Source: Octopus sinensis
Lineage: Eukaryota
DNA length: 64,000 bases
Reading direction: 5' to 3'
NCBI RefSeq assembly: GCF_006345805.1
Contig: NC_043014.1
Coordinates: 39,742,001-39,806,000, forward strand
Part shown: positions 26,076-40,400 of the stretch, one piece after another
How positions within the stretch are numbered: position 1 is the first letter of the stretch
How the letters are laid out: each line of letters opens with the position of its first letter
Program-made: the position numbers and the translations under genes
Notes under the pieces: model-generated
The model's input: the letters and a program-made list of their open reading frames with translations, nothing else
What the model was told of the DNA's origin: nothing
Databases searched by the model: none

Positions 26076-27321
26076 TAGTGGTCTAATGACAATAACATAC
26101 ACGATCATGAACATAACACATGTGGCCAGTGGAATTTAACAACGTCTTCTAGACTCTGAGTGGAATTTTATTTTAGAATCTTGGTACCTAGTATCACATC
26201 ACTAGAAACAAGCTGGCGAATGCCGCATCATCTCTTAGCTCAACAATATACGACAGGTAATAGCCCTTGTTACACCTATTACTTATCACTAGCTGGTGGT
26301 TTTAAAATATTGATGTCGACGATGCTATTCACCAAAAAAAAATTTATCACTGTGCCCAGAAATACAATGAAATACCAGCAGAATATTTGAATTTATAATC
26401 TCTATGTATGTAGTTCATTTCTTAAACTGCTTAGCCGACTCAGTTTTACTTGTGTGGCCGAATACTGGATAAATTTACATTATTGTTGATTGAAGTTTGT
26501 ATACTTTTTCTTTGATAGCTTCATTCCCCTTCATTCTATTATTTTATTCCAGTGACATTGTATGTGTTATAAATTATATCAATATAATGTATTATATATA
26601 TATAAATATATCACCGTGATCACTGTGACCGACCAGGCTATCAGATGTTGCTACATATTGCTGGTCACAATACGCTTCGCATTGTTTTAGCCTTCAAATG
26701 ATGCCACCCCACTGGCTAAGCAAGCAGGCCAATATATATATATATATATAAATTTAATTATTTGATTGTTACAGCTGAAAAGGTCTCAATGACTGAAACC
26801 GGTACTGAAATGTTCTTTATAAAATTATTTTAGCATTTTCTATCCTGACTTGTTTTTTTAATACATATATATATATATATATACATGTATATATATATAC
26901 ATATATATACATATCTGTAGTATATATATATAGGTGCAGGAGTGGCTTTGTGGTAAGAAGCTTGCTTCCTAAACACATGGTTCTGGGTTCAGTCCCACTG
27001 CATGGCACCTTGGGCAAGCATCTTCTACTATAGCCTCAGGCCGACCAAAGTCTTGTGAGTGGATTTGGTAGATGAAAACTGAAAGAAGCGTGTCATATAT
27101 ATATATTAATGTGTGTCTGTGTGTGTGTATTTGTGTGCCTGTGTTTCTCCCCCACCATCGCTTGACAACTGATGTTTGTGTGTTTACATCCCCGTAACTT
27201 AGCGGTTCAGCAAAAGAGACTGATAGTACTAAGCTTACAAAGAATAAGTCCTGGGGTTGATTTGTTCGACAGAAAGTGGTGCTCCAGCATGGCTACTGTC
27301 AAATGACTGAAACAAGTAAAA

Positions 27322-27360
<39 letters not shown>

Positions 27361-27373
27361 TGATCTGTCTACC

Positions 27374-27438
<65 letters not shown>

Positions 27439-27569
27439 TTATGGAGTAAATCCAAACTTACAGGGAAAAATTAGATTAAATTTTGTATATTATATTAATT
27501 AATTTTATTTCTATGGTTTGGTTTATGTTTTTCACTGTTTGATTTGCCTCATAGTGGTTTTATCTCTAA

Positions 27570-27604
<35 letters not shown>

Positions 27605-28574
27605 TATATACACATAGAAAATCAGGTGACACGCCACAGTGTTTAATCATATTCAACAGACTTTTTCAATTGATTTAGCTATTTATCTTCTAAACATTTT
27701 CAGATGTCATATTTCTAAATATACACATATCAAAAGGAATTTGTAAAAGAGAAAAAAAAAAAAAAAAAACCCAACTAGCCAGGAAAAAGAGTTGTAAAGC
27801 CCACGAGATTTGCTCGGCTGTCTTAGACTGGTGAGATTTAAGCAGCTGATGCTCAACCAAAACATCTGCTGGTCGATGTAGATGAGATGGAGGGAAATGG
27901 TCTATGTGGGTTGTCTGCGTGGACTGCCTGCATGGATTGTCTGATGGAGGGAAATGAATACTTGCAACAGAGTGAATTCTGTTACGGGGACCCCAAGTTT
28001 GATCTCACATAGCTTTATTTTGAAATAAGAAAATTGCCAAGCAAGAGCATTAAAATTGTATAAATATGCGACTATGTATTGTTTATGAAGGTTTGTAAGT
28101 CCTGTCCTAGTTGAGATTATGTAAGCACGAATGTGTGTGTGTGTAGGTATTCTTTCCTTTTATTCTTTTACTTGTTTTAGTCGTTTGACTACAGCCATGC
28201 TGGAGCACCACCTTTAGTTGAAACAAATCAACCCCAGGACTTATTCTTTGTAAGCTTAGTACTTATTCTATCGGTCTCTTTTGCCAAACTACAAAGTTAC
28301 AGTGACACCAAGCAATGGTGAGGGGACAAACACAGACACACAAATACACACACACACACACACACACATACACACACACATACACAATGGGCTTCTTTCA
28401 GTTTCTGTCTACCAAATGCACTCACAAGGCTTTGGTTGACCCAAGGCTGTAGTAGAAGACACTTACCCAAGGTGCCACATAGTGGGACTGAACCTGGAAC
28501 CATGTGGTTGGGAAGTAAGCTTCTTACCAACAACCACACCTGCACCTATATGTATATACATTTATGCACATATA

Positions 28575-28621
<47 letters not shown>

Positions 28622-28737
28622 GGAGTGGCTGTGTGGTAAGTAACTTGCTTACAAACCACATGGTTCCGGGTTCAGTCCCACTGCATGGCACCTTGGGCAA
28701 GTGGATTTGGTAGACAGAAACTGGAAGAAGCCTGTCG

Positions 28738-28778
<41 letters not shown>

Positions 28779-29084
28779 GTGTCTGTGTTTGTCCCCCCCA
28801 ACATTGCTTGACAACCAATGCCAGTGTGTTTATGTCCCCATGACTTAGCCGTTCAGCAAAAGAGATTGATAGAATAAGTACTAGGCTCACAAAGAATAAG
28901 TCCTAGGGGCAATTTGCTCAACTAAAGACAGTGCTCTAGCATGGCCACAGTCAAGTGACTAAAGCGAGTGAAAGAATAAAGATGTGTGTGTACACTAAAT
29001 AAACCAGTTGAAGATGTGTTTCTGGGGTTAAATGGTGGTATTGTCATCTCTTAGAGGACAGCCACATTTAATTGGCCATACACT

Positions 29085-29830
29085 ATATGTGTGTGTGTGT
29101 ATATATATATATGTGTGTATATATATATATATATGTGTGTGTGTATATATATATATGTGTGTGTGTGTATATATGTGTGTATGTATATATATTTGTATAT
29201 ATATATATGTCTATGTATATGCATGTGTATATATGTATATGTGTTTGTATGTGTCTGTATATGCGTTTGTATATGTCTGTATATGCGTTTGTATATATGT
29301 CTATGTATATGCGTGTGTATATGTGTATGTATATATATGTCTGTATATGCGTGTGTGTCTATGGATATGGATATGCATGTGTATATATGTCTACGTATAT
29401 GCATGTGTATATATATCTGTATATGCGTTTGTATATATGTCTATATGCGTATGTATATATGTTTGTGTGCGTGTGTATATATATATATGTCTATGTATAT
29501 GCATGTGTATATATGTATCATCATCATCATCGTTTAACGTCCGCTTTCCATGCTAGCATGGGTATATGCATGTGTATATATGTATATGTGTGTGTATATA
29601 TGTTTGTATATGTCTGTATATGCATTTGTATATATGTCTATGTATATGCATGTGTATATGTGTATGTATATATATGTCTGTATATGCGTGTGTGTCTATG
29701 GATATGCGTGTGTATATATGTCTACGTATATGCATGTGTATATTTATCTGTATATGCATTTAAATATATGTCTATGTATATGTGTGTCTATATATGTTGG
29801 TGTGTGTGTGTGTGTGTGTGTGTCTATGCA
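29085..29830. repeat. Degenerate TA/TG-based minisatellite
   Basis: Recurrent ATGTCTATGTATATGCATGTGTATAT units. Confidence 0.85.
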
Positions 29831-30487
29831 TATTAATGCTATATTGTAATGTCTACATCAATGCGTTTTTGTTATGCAAAAGAGGCTTGTCCTTCTTTCT
29901 TCCTAAACCAGAATTGTTTACATATTTTCAAAATTACTTATAAAAAGCTAATTCCTAAAATGAAGTAATTTGTTGATAGGAGATCACACTGCTATCTTTA
30001 TTTCCTAATTATGTACTTATTTCTATTGTATTCACCACATGTATCATCTGATATATGTTTCTATTATCCTCTTACTGTTGAGTTGCCTTTTACTGTGTTT
30101 ATATTAGATTCAGACCTTGTTCAGGTTCCAACTTGCTAGACAGTTGTTTTCTAATGAATCTTGCTTGGGGGCAATAAAAGTAATCAGTACGAACCGAAGG
30201 ACCTCAAGTTTTAATTATTTTACTTTTTTTAAGTGTTGAAAATTGGAATAATAATTTTAAGTATTGAACACTAATATACAATTAACCCTTTCGTTACAAT
30301 ATTTCTATTTGAATGCCTTTGTTTGAATCAGTTTTGAAAATATTGAAGAATTTAGGAAAGTAACTATCATAATAAGGTGGTATTTGGAACAGAAAGTAAT
30401 TTAAAATTTTGATAGAAGTATTTTAAACTATATTTCGTTTTTGGATTTGGTTTGCAAGATTCTTTATATGAGTTCATGTGTTGAAGC

Positions 30488-30720
30488 ATATTCTGTTGTG
30501 TCTGGGAGAGTCATTTTCTTTTTGTGCCTTATAATGTAACACAATCACCGGTAAAATTTTCACTTATTTCTTATTTTAATTTTCCTAAAATTTTCATTGC
30601 GCCTTGCAACCTTTTCATTAGGAAAATAAAAATATGAAATAAGTGGAAATTTTACCGGTCAGTGTGTTAAATAATAAGGCACAAAAAGAAAATGACTCTC
30701 CCCAGACATAACAGAATATT
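30488..30720. repeat. Long inverted repeat (about 98-bp arms, 33-nt loop); family member also at about 20560-20695
   Basis: 30488-30586 pairs with 30620-30720 with scattered mismatches. Confidence 0.85.
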
Positions 30721-31619
30721 TTAAACACTTTGAAACAGGAAGTTTGTATCATAGAACCAAGAGCAGTCTCAAAAGGGTTAAAATCTTTTTCCATCAATTG
30801 TTTAACATCTACTTTTCCCTGCTTGCATGAGTCAGATGAGATCACGTTAAGATAGTTTTCTGTGGCTATCAACTTTCACCTGTTTCCAATGGGTAAAGAC
30901 CCCCTTCTGTCATGCATGACAATGGAATTGCATCTAGAAAGTTACCCCCTGAGGCACAAGTCTGGGCAAGGTTGTTTATGGAAGGCCAGGAGTTGCCCAT
31001 GCATACCGACCTTCCCTCTCCACGCCACCAGTGTTATCCAAGGGAAACACAAAGACCGATTTATCTTGGCACCAGTGATGTCGCAACTCATTTCTACAGC
31101 CAAGTGAACTGGAGTGAACATAAAATAAAGTGTCTTGCTCAAGAACACCACACAGCTCAGTCCGGGAATCAAACTCTCTACTTCATGATTGTGAGCCCAA
31201 CGCTCTAACCACTGAGCCATGCACCTTCACATTCACTATAACCCTTCTGTATATTGGTTTCAAATTTTGGCACAAGGCCAGAAATTTCAGAGGAGGGAGT
31301 AAGTCGATTACATTGACCCCCAGTACTCAACTGGTACTTATTTTACCAATCCTGAAAAGACGAACGACAATGTTGACCTCAGCAGAATTTAAACTCAGAA
31401 CATTAAGTCAGAAGAAATGTTGCTAAGCATTTTTTTTTTTTGGTGTGGTAACGATTCTTCCAGCTCACTGCTTAAATCCTTCAGTATATTAAGAAGTGAA
31501 GAATTTGAATGTGGTTATGTACAAAATTGAAAAGACCAATGCCTTGTGAGTGAATTTGGTAGACGGAAACTGAAAGAAGTCTGTCGTATATATGTATATA
31601 TATATTATATATATATATA

Positions 31620-31655
<36 letters not shown>

Positions 31656-33249
31656 GTGTGTGTGTGTTTGTCCCCCTAGCATTGCTTGACAACCGATGCT
31701 GGTGTGTTTTCGTCCCCATCACTTAGCGGTTCGGCAAAAAGACCGATAGAATAAGTACTGGGCTTACAAAGAATAAGTCCCGGGGTCGATTTGCTCGACT
31801 AAAGGCGGTGCTCCAGCATGGCCGCAGTCAAATGACTGAAACAAGTGAAAGATAAAAAGATAAAAGATAAATGTATGAGGTTTTTGTTTACAAAGATTGC
31901 AAGACATGTGAAGAAGCTCAGACATGCTTTTGCTGTGAGCTGCAAGTAATCAAAGCTGTTTGTATGAACAGTGAGGTATTTGTTTACAATCAGCAAACAC
32001 ATGAAGATAAGGGGAAATACTAACTCACTCATGTAAACACACAAACTCATGTGCACACACATAAACAACAAGTTGCTTTCATTTTCAGTTTCACTTATAA
32101 GATATTGTTCAACTTGCACTTATAGTAGAGGATATCCAAGCTATAGGACCTAACCCCTAACCATGTGGTTCCAAAACAAACTACTTATTCATACATCCAT
32201 GCCATACTCTCTTTTTACTTGTTTCAGTCATTTGACTGCGGCCATGCTGGAGCACTGCCTTTAGTCAAGCAAATCGACCCCGGGACTTATTCTTTTGTAA
32301 GCCCAGTACTTATTCTATCGGTCTGTTTTGCCGAACCGCTAGGTGACGGGGATGTAAACACACCAGTATCAGTTGTCAAACAATGCTAGGGGGACAAACA
32401 CAGACACACAAACATATACACACACACACATACATATATACGACAGGCTTCTTTCAGTTTCTGTCTACCAAATCCACTTACAAGGCATTGGTCGGCCTGA
32501 GGCTATAGCAGAAGACACTTGCCCAAGATGCCACGCAGTGGGACTGAACCCGAAACTATGTGGTTGGTAAGCAAGCTACTTACCACACAGCCACTCCTAC
32601 GCCTATGAGTATTATCATAGGCATCATCATCATCATCATTATTTAATATCTGTTTTCCTTGCTGGCATGGGTTGGATTGTTTGACAAGAGTGGATCAGCT
32701 GAAGAGGGGTTCAGGCTCCATGTGTTTTGGCATGGTTTCTATGGCTGGATGCCATTCATAATGGCAACCACTTTACAGAGTGTACTGGGTACACTTACAC
32801 AGCAGTGGCACAGGTGCTTTTACGTGACGTAGGTACAGGTGCTTTTTACATGGCACCAACACCCACAAGCCTGCAAGATTAGGAACGCTCAGCTGAAGAG
32901 GGTTGCAGGAGACATGCCTGTAGGCAAGGACAACCATGATTTTACTTAAAAAGCACCATCCGAATGTGGCCGATGCCAGCGCCGCCTTCACTGGCTTCTG
33001 TGCTGGTGGCAGATAAAAAGCACCAGCCGATCGTGGCCGCTGCCAGCCTCCCCTGGCACCTGTGCCGGTGGCACGTAAAAAGCACCCACTACACTCACGG
33101 AGTGGTTGGCATTAGGAAGGGCATCCAGCTGTAGAAACACTGTCAGATCAGACTGGAGCCTGGCGCAGCCTCCTGGCTTCCCAGACCCCGGTCGAAACGT
33201 CCAACCCGTACTAGTACGGAAAACGGACATTAAACGATGATGATGATGA

Positions 33250-33595
33250 TGAGGTGTCTTCTCAAGCACAGCAAGCTGCCAGGAGCTTCAGTCCCCTGTC
33301 ACCCCTTCTGTGAGGCCCAACGTCTGAAGATCCTTTCTCACCACTTTGCCCCATGTCTTCCTGGATCTACCACTTCCACATGTTCCCTCCACAATTAGAG
33401 ATCAGCACCACTTGATGCAATTGCCTTCATTCATGCATGCACATCACATGACCATACCAGTGCAGTCTTCTTTCTTGCACACTACATCTGATACCCTGTA
33501 TACCCAGTTTTTCTCTCAAATCACTTACACCCTGTCATATATGCACACTGACATTGCCCATCCAGAGGAGCATACTGGCTTCATTTCTTTGAAGT
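33250..33595 (-). mobile_element. RTE-like LINE 3' ORF fragment
   Basis: Minus strand ...RSRKTWGKVVRKDLQTLGLTE..., typical RTE C-terminus, adjoining a (GAT)n tract. Confidence 0.7.
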
Positions 33596-33629
33596 GACTT
33601 CATTTAAATACACATATATACATATATAC

Positions 33630-33767
<138 letters not shown>

Positions 33768-35866
33768 ACACATTCATATGCATACACTCACATATCTTGC
33801 ATGTACAGTTAGTTGTACAACTACTACTGTATGGGTAAGAGCACCATTTTATTATAGTCAGAACTGAATAAAACTCATCTTCAACACCATCACTATCATC
33901 TCCACCACCACCACCACCATCATCATCAGTTAATGTCTGCTTTCCATGATGGCACAAGTTAGATGCTGCATCATCATCTGAATCATTTCTTATTGGGAAC
34001 TACTGCTTCTAAATGCTGGTGCTTGTACATTTGTTTTCTATAATTGGATGCCATCCGTATGTGGCTATTGCCAGCGCCGCCCCGACTGGCCTCCGTACCG
34101 GTGACACATAAAAAGCACCATCCGATTGTAGCCGTTGCCAGCCTCGTCTGGCACCTGTGCAGGTGGCACGTAAAAAGCACCCACTACACTCTCAGAGTGG
34201 TTGGTGTTAGGAAGGGCATCCAGCTGTAGAAACACTGCCAGATCAGACTGGGCCTGGCACAGCCTTCTGGCTTCCCAGACCCCAGTTGAACCATCCAACC
34301 CATGCTAGCATGGAAAACGGACATTCAACAACAATGATGATGATGATGATGATGCCTTTCCTATTGCCAGCCAGTTTACAAAGTGTACTGGGTGCATTTT
34401 CTTGTGGCACCATCACCAGAGAAGTTGAGTAGATCTCAGCACGACAAGTTTAAAAGGATCTCACAACCCTACACTTTTTCTGCTCATTTCGCCAATCACT
34501 TTGCACCGTCTGTTGGGTTTATTTTTGTGACACCAACCTTATCCTTACTCACTATTCACTTGTATAGGGATTGTGGCAGGGCTCTGTCATGGGCCTGGCA
34601 CAGGCATCGTTAAAGTGGAGTGTACTAAGAGTTAATGAATATAAGAGTTTTTTTTTTTAATGAATAAACTATCAAGTGTTCAGTTGTTAAAACCTGTTGT
34701 TAATTATTGATTTCTTATCTAGGAACATGACTACTCATTTATAGGTTAGTAAAAATATAATATTAATAATGTTTATGTCTGTCTTACAGATACAAGTAAA
34801 TTCAAATTGCTACAAAAACAGGTTAGGAATTAAAACAAGAACTTCATTCATACTCGGTCTGCTGGAAGCTTATCTCTAATACTCACTATATCTATCATTA
34901 ATTATTCTCTCACTCTCTATCACAGTGTTCCAACAATTTGTCTGTCACATTTTATCCTTTCCTTAACAACCTTGGTAGCTTCCAAAAAATCTTTTTAACG
35001 ATTAGTTATTGATTCAATACCTTATTTGCCAGGATTTCTCATAAACATACTGTGAATTACTCAAGTGTCACTGAGCTAATTTTAAGTCAATACTCATCAA
35101 AAGATTTCTTACAAGGCACTTATTCTCTTTCATCATTGAAATTCATTAAAAAAAGACCCCAACATGTCTAGCCTTATACCTTTTTATTGTTCTTTTTACT
35201 TGCTGGAGCAGACACCGTTCTGAAGGGTTTAGGTGAACAAATCGACCCCAGTACTTATTTTTTAAGCCTGGTCTCTTTTGTAGAACTGCTAAGTTACATG
35301 GATGTCAACAAACCAACACCATTGTCAAGCAGTGGTGAGGGAAAACGCAACACAAACACAATGGCACACACACAGACACACTCACACACACACACACATA
35401 ACAGACTTCCACACAGTTTCTGTCTACCGAATTTTCCAAATCCTCTAACAAGGTTTTGGTTGACCTGGGGCTATAGTAGAAAACACCTGCCCAAGGGGCT
35501 GTGCAGCGAGACTGAACCCAAGACGACATAGTTGAGAAGCAAGCTTCTTATTCACATAACCACACCTGTATATATGAATAATCTAATCTACTTAATTATT
35601 GTTAATCTACCTATTCATTTGTCAAGTTTGTTTCATCTAACATTGACATTCAGTTATTTATTTCATTTTAAATGTTATCAGTAATCGCTAGTAAATAAAT
35701 TTTTATAAATTAGGCATAGCTATGTTGTGAGAAATTTACTGCTCAACCACATGATTCCAGGTTCAGTCCCACTGTGTGGCACCATAGACAAGTGTCTTCT
35801 CCCACATCCTCAGGCCAATTAAAGCCTTATGAGTGGATCTGGTAGTCAGAAGCTGAAAGAAGTCTG

Positions 35867-35925
<59 letters not shown>

Positions 35926-36852
35926 CACTTTTACTCTTTTATTTGTTTTAGCCATTTGACTGTGGCCATGCTGGAGCACCGCCTTTAGTCAAGCAAATCG
36001 ACCCCAGGACTTATTCTTTGTAAGCTTAGTACTTATTCTGTCAGTCTCTTTTGTTGAACCGCTAAGTTACGGAGACGTAAACACACCAGCATCAGTTGTC
36101 AAGCGATGCTGGGGGAACAAACACAGACACATAAATATACACACACACAAACATATATATGTATACATGGGCTTCTTTCAGTTTCCGTCTACCAAATCCA
36201 CTCACTAGGCTTTGGTCGACCCGAGGGTATAGTAGAAGACACTTGCGCCCAAGGTGCCACACAGTGGGACTGAACCCAGAACCATGTGGTTCATAAGCAA
36301 GTTACTTACCACACAGCCACTCCTATGCCTATTAATAAATATATATATATATGTGACAAAGGATTGAGACACTTGGTGTCTGGCTGTACTCAAGAAGACT
36401 GCACCCTGCAGAAGTGTGAAGACCGATCCTTCTGGTTGTGTAACACACATATGGTGGTGGCATATAAGAGCACCCATGCAGTGACATATAAATGGCACTC
36501 GTGTGGAAACATAAAAGCTCCTGTGTGATGTGATGTAAAAGTGTCTGTGTGGTGCTGTGTAAAAGCGCCTGTGTGGTGTCATTTAACAGCGCCCAACACA
36601 CTCTGTAAAGTGGTTTGCATTAGGAAGGGCATCCAGTCATAGAAACCATACCAAATCAGACTGGAGTCTGGTGCAGCCCCACCAGCTTGCCAGCGCTGGT
36701 CACTAGCCAACTCATGCTAGCATGAACAAAGGACATTAAATGGTGATGATGATGATGATGATATGGTTCAAATGTACAGAAAACAGTTGACAGAGACAGA
36801 TGAGGGAGCAACAAGCTGGCATACTAGTTTGACACTGGAGAAAAAAATGGAG

Positions 36853-36893
36853 AAGTCTTTGACATTTCGAGCCTATGCTCTTCGACAGAAAGG
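36853..36893 (-). ncRNA. Penelope-type minimal hammerhead-like motif, non-canonical at A6
   Basis: CUUU-CUGUCGA-A-GAGC(AUAG)GCUC-GAAA-UG-UC-AAAG: stems I and II pair, stem III minimal. Homologues at 19745-19782+ and 40544-40584-. Confidence 0.5.
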
Positions 36894-38347
36894 AATGAGA
36901 AGGATAAAAATGGAGAGAGAGAGTGAGAAAAGAATGTGCTGGAATTAATGGTTCTACATGTACACCTATGTGTGTTTGTCTTTGTATTTGTCCCCTTTAA
37001 CTTAACAGTTTGACATAAGAGATCATTACAATTACTACCAGTCTTAAATAAATAAAACAAACAAACAAACAAGTTGTGGTGTAAATTTGTTCTACTAAAC
37101 TCCTTTAAGGTGTTACCCCAGCATGGCTGTAGTCCAATGACTAAATCAAGTAAAAGATGAAAAGATATTTGTCTCTCTGAAAAATTTTCGATTAATACTA
37201 ATCAATGTTTGTGATTTACATGATTCAAAATGGGTATTAGTAAACTATATTTTTGTATTTGATATAATTCCATGCCACTTATTATTAATACTAAATAATT
37301 CCGCAGTCACTAGTTCTCTTCAGGAACAAACCAATTAGTTGTCAAATCTGTTTACCACTGAGAAGTCATCAGTAATTTTTAATTAATTACATCAGCCTGT
37401 TGTTAACACTTTGTAGATATATGATCGGATTCCTTAATACTTATTTATAATTATTTATGGTATAGCATACTAACACAACAAGCTTAATCAGTACCTAGCA
37501 CTATGGTTAATATTAAAACGACAGCCTGTGAAATAATCCCTGTTTTATAAGGATTAATATTTGTTTGTTTATTTCTGCTCTTCTATCTAGAAATTATTCA
37601 GTGGATTTCATATCTTAGTCGCTTACATACTTCTCCCTGTGTTCCTCCATAATATGACAGACAAAATTTTGTCCTAAAAGGAAGTATATTGCAGTATAAT
37701 CAATATTAGTTGTGTCATATTAGTACCTTATGTAGTATGTTTATGTTGTATGAACCAAATATTTAATGGATGACTAGAGATCATTACGAAGGCGGATTTT
37801 ATTTACATTTAAAAAGAAACTTTAAAACCAATTTGACTCGCACGTCACATACTTGCCCCACGCTTGTATATACATACGTATATATATATATATATACATA
37901 CGTATATATATATATATATACATATGTCCACTTTTCCATACTGGTATGCATCGACTGGAGTTAATTGAGACAGATTTTTTATGCCCAGACACCCTTCCTG
38001 GTGCCAGCCCTCTCCGGTTTCCAAGCAAGGTAATGTTTCCTCATCATCAGATATGTTTTCACACAATTACTAGAATTTTTGCTTGTATAACAGCAACATG
38101 CATTTAACAAGAGACACAAACATGCACACAAGCACACACATAGACATACACGTATGATAGGTTCTTTCAGTTTCTGTCTACCAAATCCACCCAAGAGACT
38201 TTGTTTGGCCTGAAGTTATAATAGAAGACACTTGTCCAAGGTGTCATGCAGTAGGACTGAACCCAGAACCATGAAGTTGGGAAGCAAATTTCTTAGATTT
38301 ATTATATTTTTTACAAGAAGAGTGGTGAAAGTGATTTTGAAGTTCAG

Positions 38348-38567
38348 CCCTTTAGTGTTTAAACCGGCCCTATCCGGCCAAAATTTTCTACCTGTTTTAT
38401 GTTCAAACTAGTCAGATATGGTCATTCATAGCTACCTTATTGTGTCATTTTAAAAATAAACAATCACATCATTGAAATCTCAAAGCCATGAAATGATGCA
38501 AGATTAATTTTACATGGTGTGAATACATAAGCTTTACATTTGACAGAATAATCTGAATGCTAAAGGG
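38348..38567. mobile_element. piggyBac-type MITE, same family, opposite orientation
   Basis: CCCTTTAGTG ... AATGCTAAAGGG termini; TSD degenerate. Confidence 0.75.
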
Positions 38568-39284
38568 TTAGACCTGCTATCTTTCATGAAATCTGTTACA
38601 GGTTTTGCAAAAGTATGATAGATAAGTAGTGTATTAAAAGTATTGAGTGATCTTTCAGCTCAATGTGAAATTGTTATTATTATAACGCAACATAAAAACG
38701 AACGTGTGTGTGTGTGTGTTCTTATTACATTTTTACAATATGTTGCAATAAGTTACTGGTTTTTCATGTTCTTTTATCAAGTATTTCCATTGTTAAGTTC
38801 AAAATTATTGCTGTATTTTTCAAGTGTACATTCTAGTTTAGGCAGTTACCGTTCCAGCTTTACCAGCTTTTCCATTATGAATTCATACTAGCATGAATGA
38901 GCATTTGTTTGTGTGTGTATGTGTGTGTGTGTGTGTGTGTATTTCATTGCAGAATACCTGTTTAAAGCTATGGTAATATCTTAATCTGTTGCATTTGCTA
39001 ATATTTTACTGATTTCAGTCATTGGATCGAAGCCATACTGCAGAACCGTTTTGAAGGGCTTTTTTTTCTAATCAATCAAATTAATCTCAGTAACTTATTT
39101 TAAAGTCTGCTGCTTATTCTGTCTGCTTCTATTTTGTTGAATACATCACTAAAAAAGGGGTGAGAAACAGACACTGGTTGCAAGCAGTCTCATAAAGACA
39201 AATTCTAGAGAGAGATAAACACACAGATGAACTTACACAAATACATACACACATTCATAGACATGCATGCACACTCTCACATGC

Positions 39285-39285
39285 A

Positions 39286-39367
<82 letters not shown>
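39285..39367. repeat. (CA)n microsatellite
   Basis: Directly visible. Confidence 0.97.
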
Positions 39368-39368
<1 letters not shown>

Positions 39369-40253
39369 GACTGGGCTTGTGAGTGAATTTGGTAGTTGAA
39401 AACTCACTTTTGTAAGTGAGTGTCTTCTACAGTAGAAGACAACTTACTCAAGATATTTGCTGTAGGACAGAACCCCAAACCATCTTCAGATTCTGAGACC
39501 AAATTCCGCTGAGGTTGACTTTGCCTTTCATCCTTTTGGGGGTCGATAAAGCAAGCACCAGTGGAGCACAAGGGTTTATATAGTCGACTTACCCCTTCTC
39601 TGGAACTTGCTGGCCCTGTGCTAAAATTTGAAACCATTATTATCATTGTCATTGTTTTTATCTATATATATATAAATCAGAAACTCTGTGTGTGTGTGTG
39701 TGCATGCAAGTTTGAAGGTTTATAACTTGAGTTCCAGTAACTGATTCAATTGAAATTTCCGACATGCATTTGGTATGTTCCAAGGCATATTTTAGTCATA
39801 ACAACTGTTTCCATCAATGTTCGGTTTTTGCAAAAACTTGATCGATAACTATCGACTTTTCCAAAAAGTCGTCCAATTTTGATCAACTTTACATACCTAT
39901 GCATTCTTACCCAAGGTTTTTTGTTTCGTGATTATTTTTTTCAAATTATGTTTCATTTGAGCACAACATGGGAAAAATTAACTCAAAAAAATGCCTTTAA
40001 GGCAAGCCATAGCGCCGGAACCATTGAGCCAATTTAAACCAAACTCGGTAACGAATGCATTTTCACCCAACGAGTCTTATGTCATGGTTCATTTCATTAC
40101 ATTGTGCTTTGTTCGAGCACAATTCGACAAACTCGCATTCGAACAAAATGCTTTTGTTGAGGTAGCTCCTGATTTATTCTTCTCAGAACACTGACTCCAT
40201 TTATTCTTCGATGCATAAACGATTAATCTCCACCATGGTGTGCACACACATTG

Positions 40254-40400
40254 TGACCTCATGTGACCTCAAAATAGCCACTGCCTATAAACAGTAAACA
40301 TCCGGCACTGAGGTTTTCCATTGAAATAAATGAAAGCAATTTCTATGTGTAGCATGAGATAGTTAAAGCAATAATAGCCTCTGCACTGCACAAGCTACTG
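40254..40400 (+). promoter_or_regulatory. Candidate intronic promoter: perfect DR4 nuclear-receptor repeat, TATA-like box, downstream donor
   Basis: TGACCT-catg-TGACCT at 40254-40269, TATAAA at 40286-91, CTG|GTAAGT at 40401. Confidence 0.25.

Noticed and set aside
19050-29849. Long ORFs (up to 254 aa) rich in Y/I/V/C/M/H/T
   Set aside because: They are translations of (TA)n/(TG)n/(CA)n microsatellites, which lack stops in several frames.
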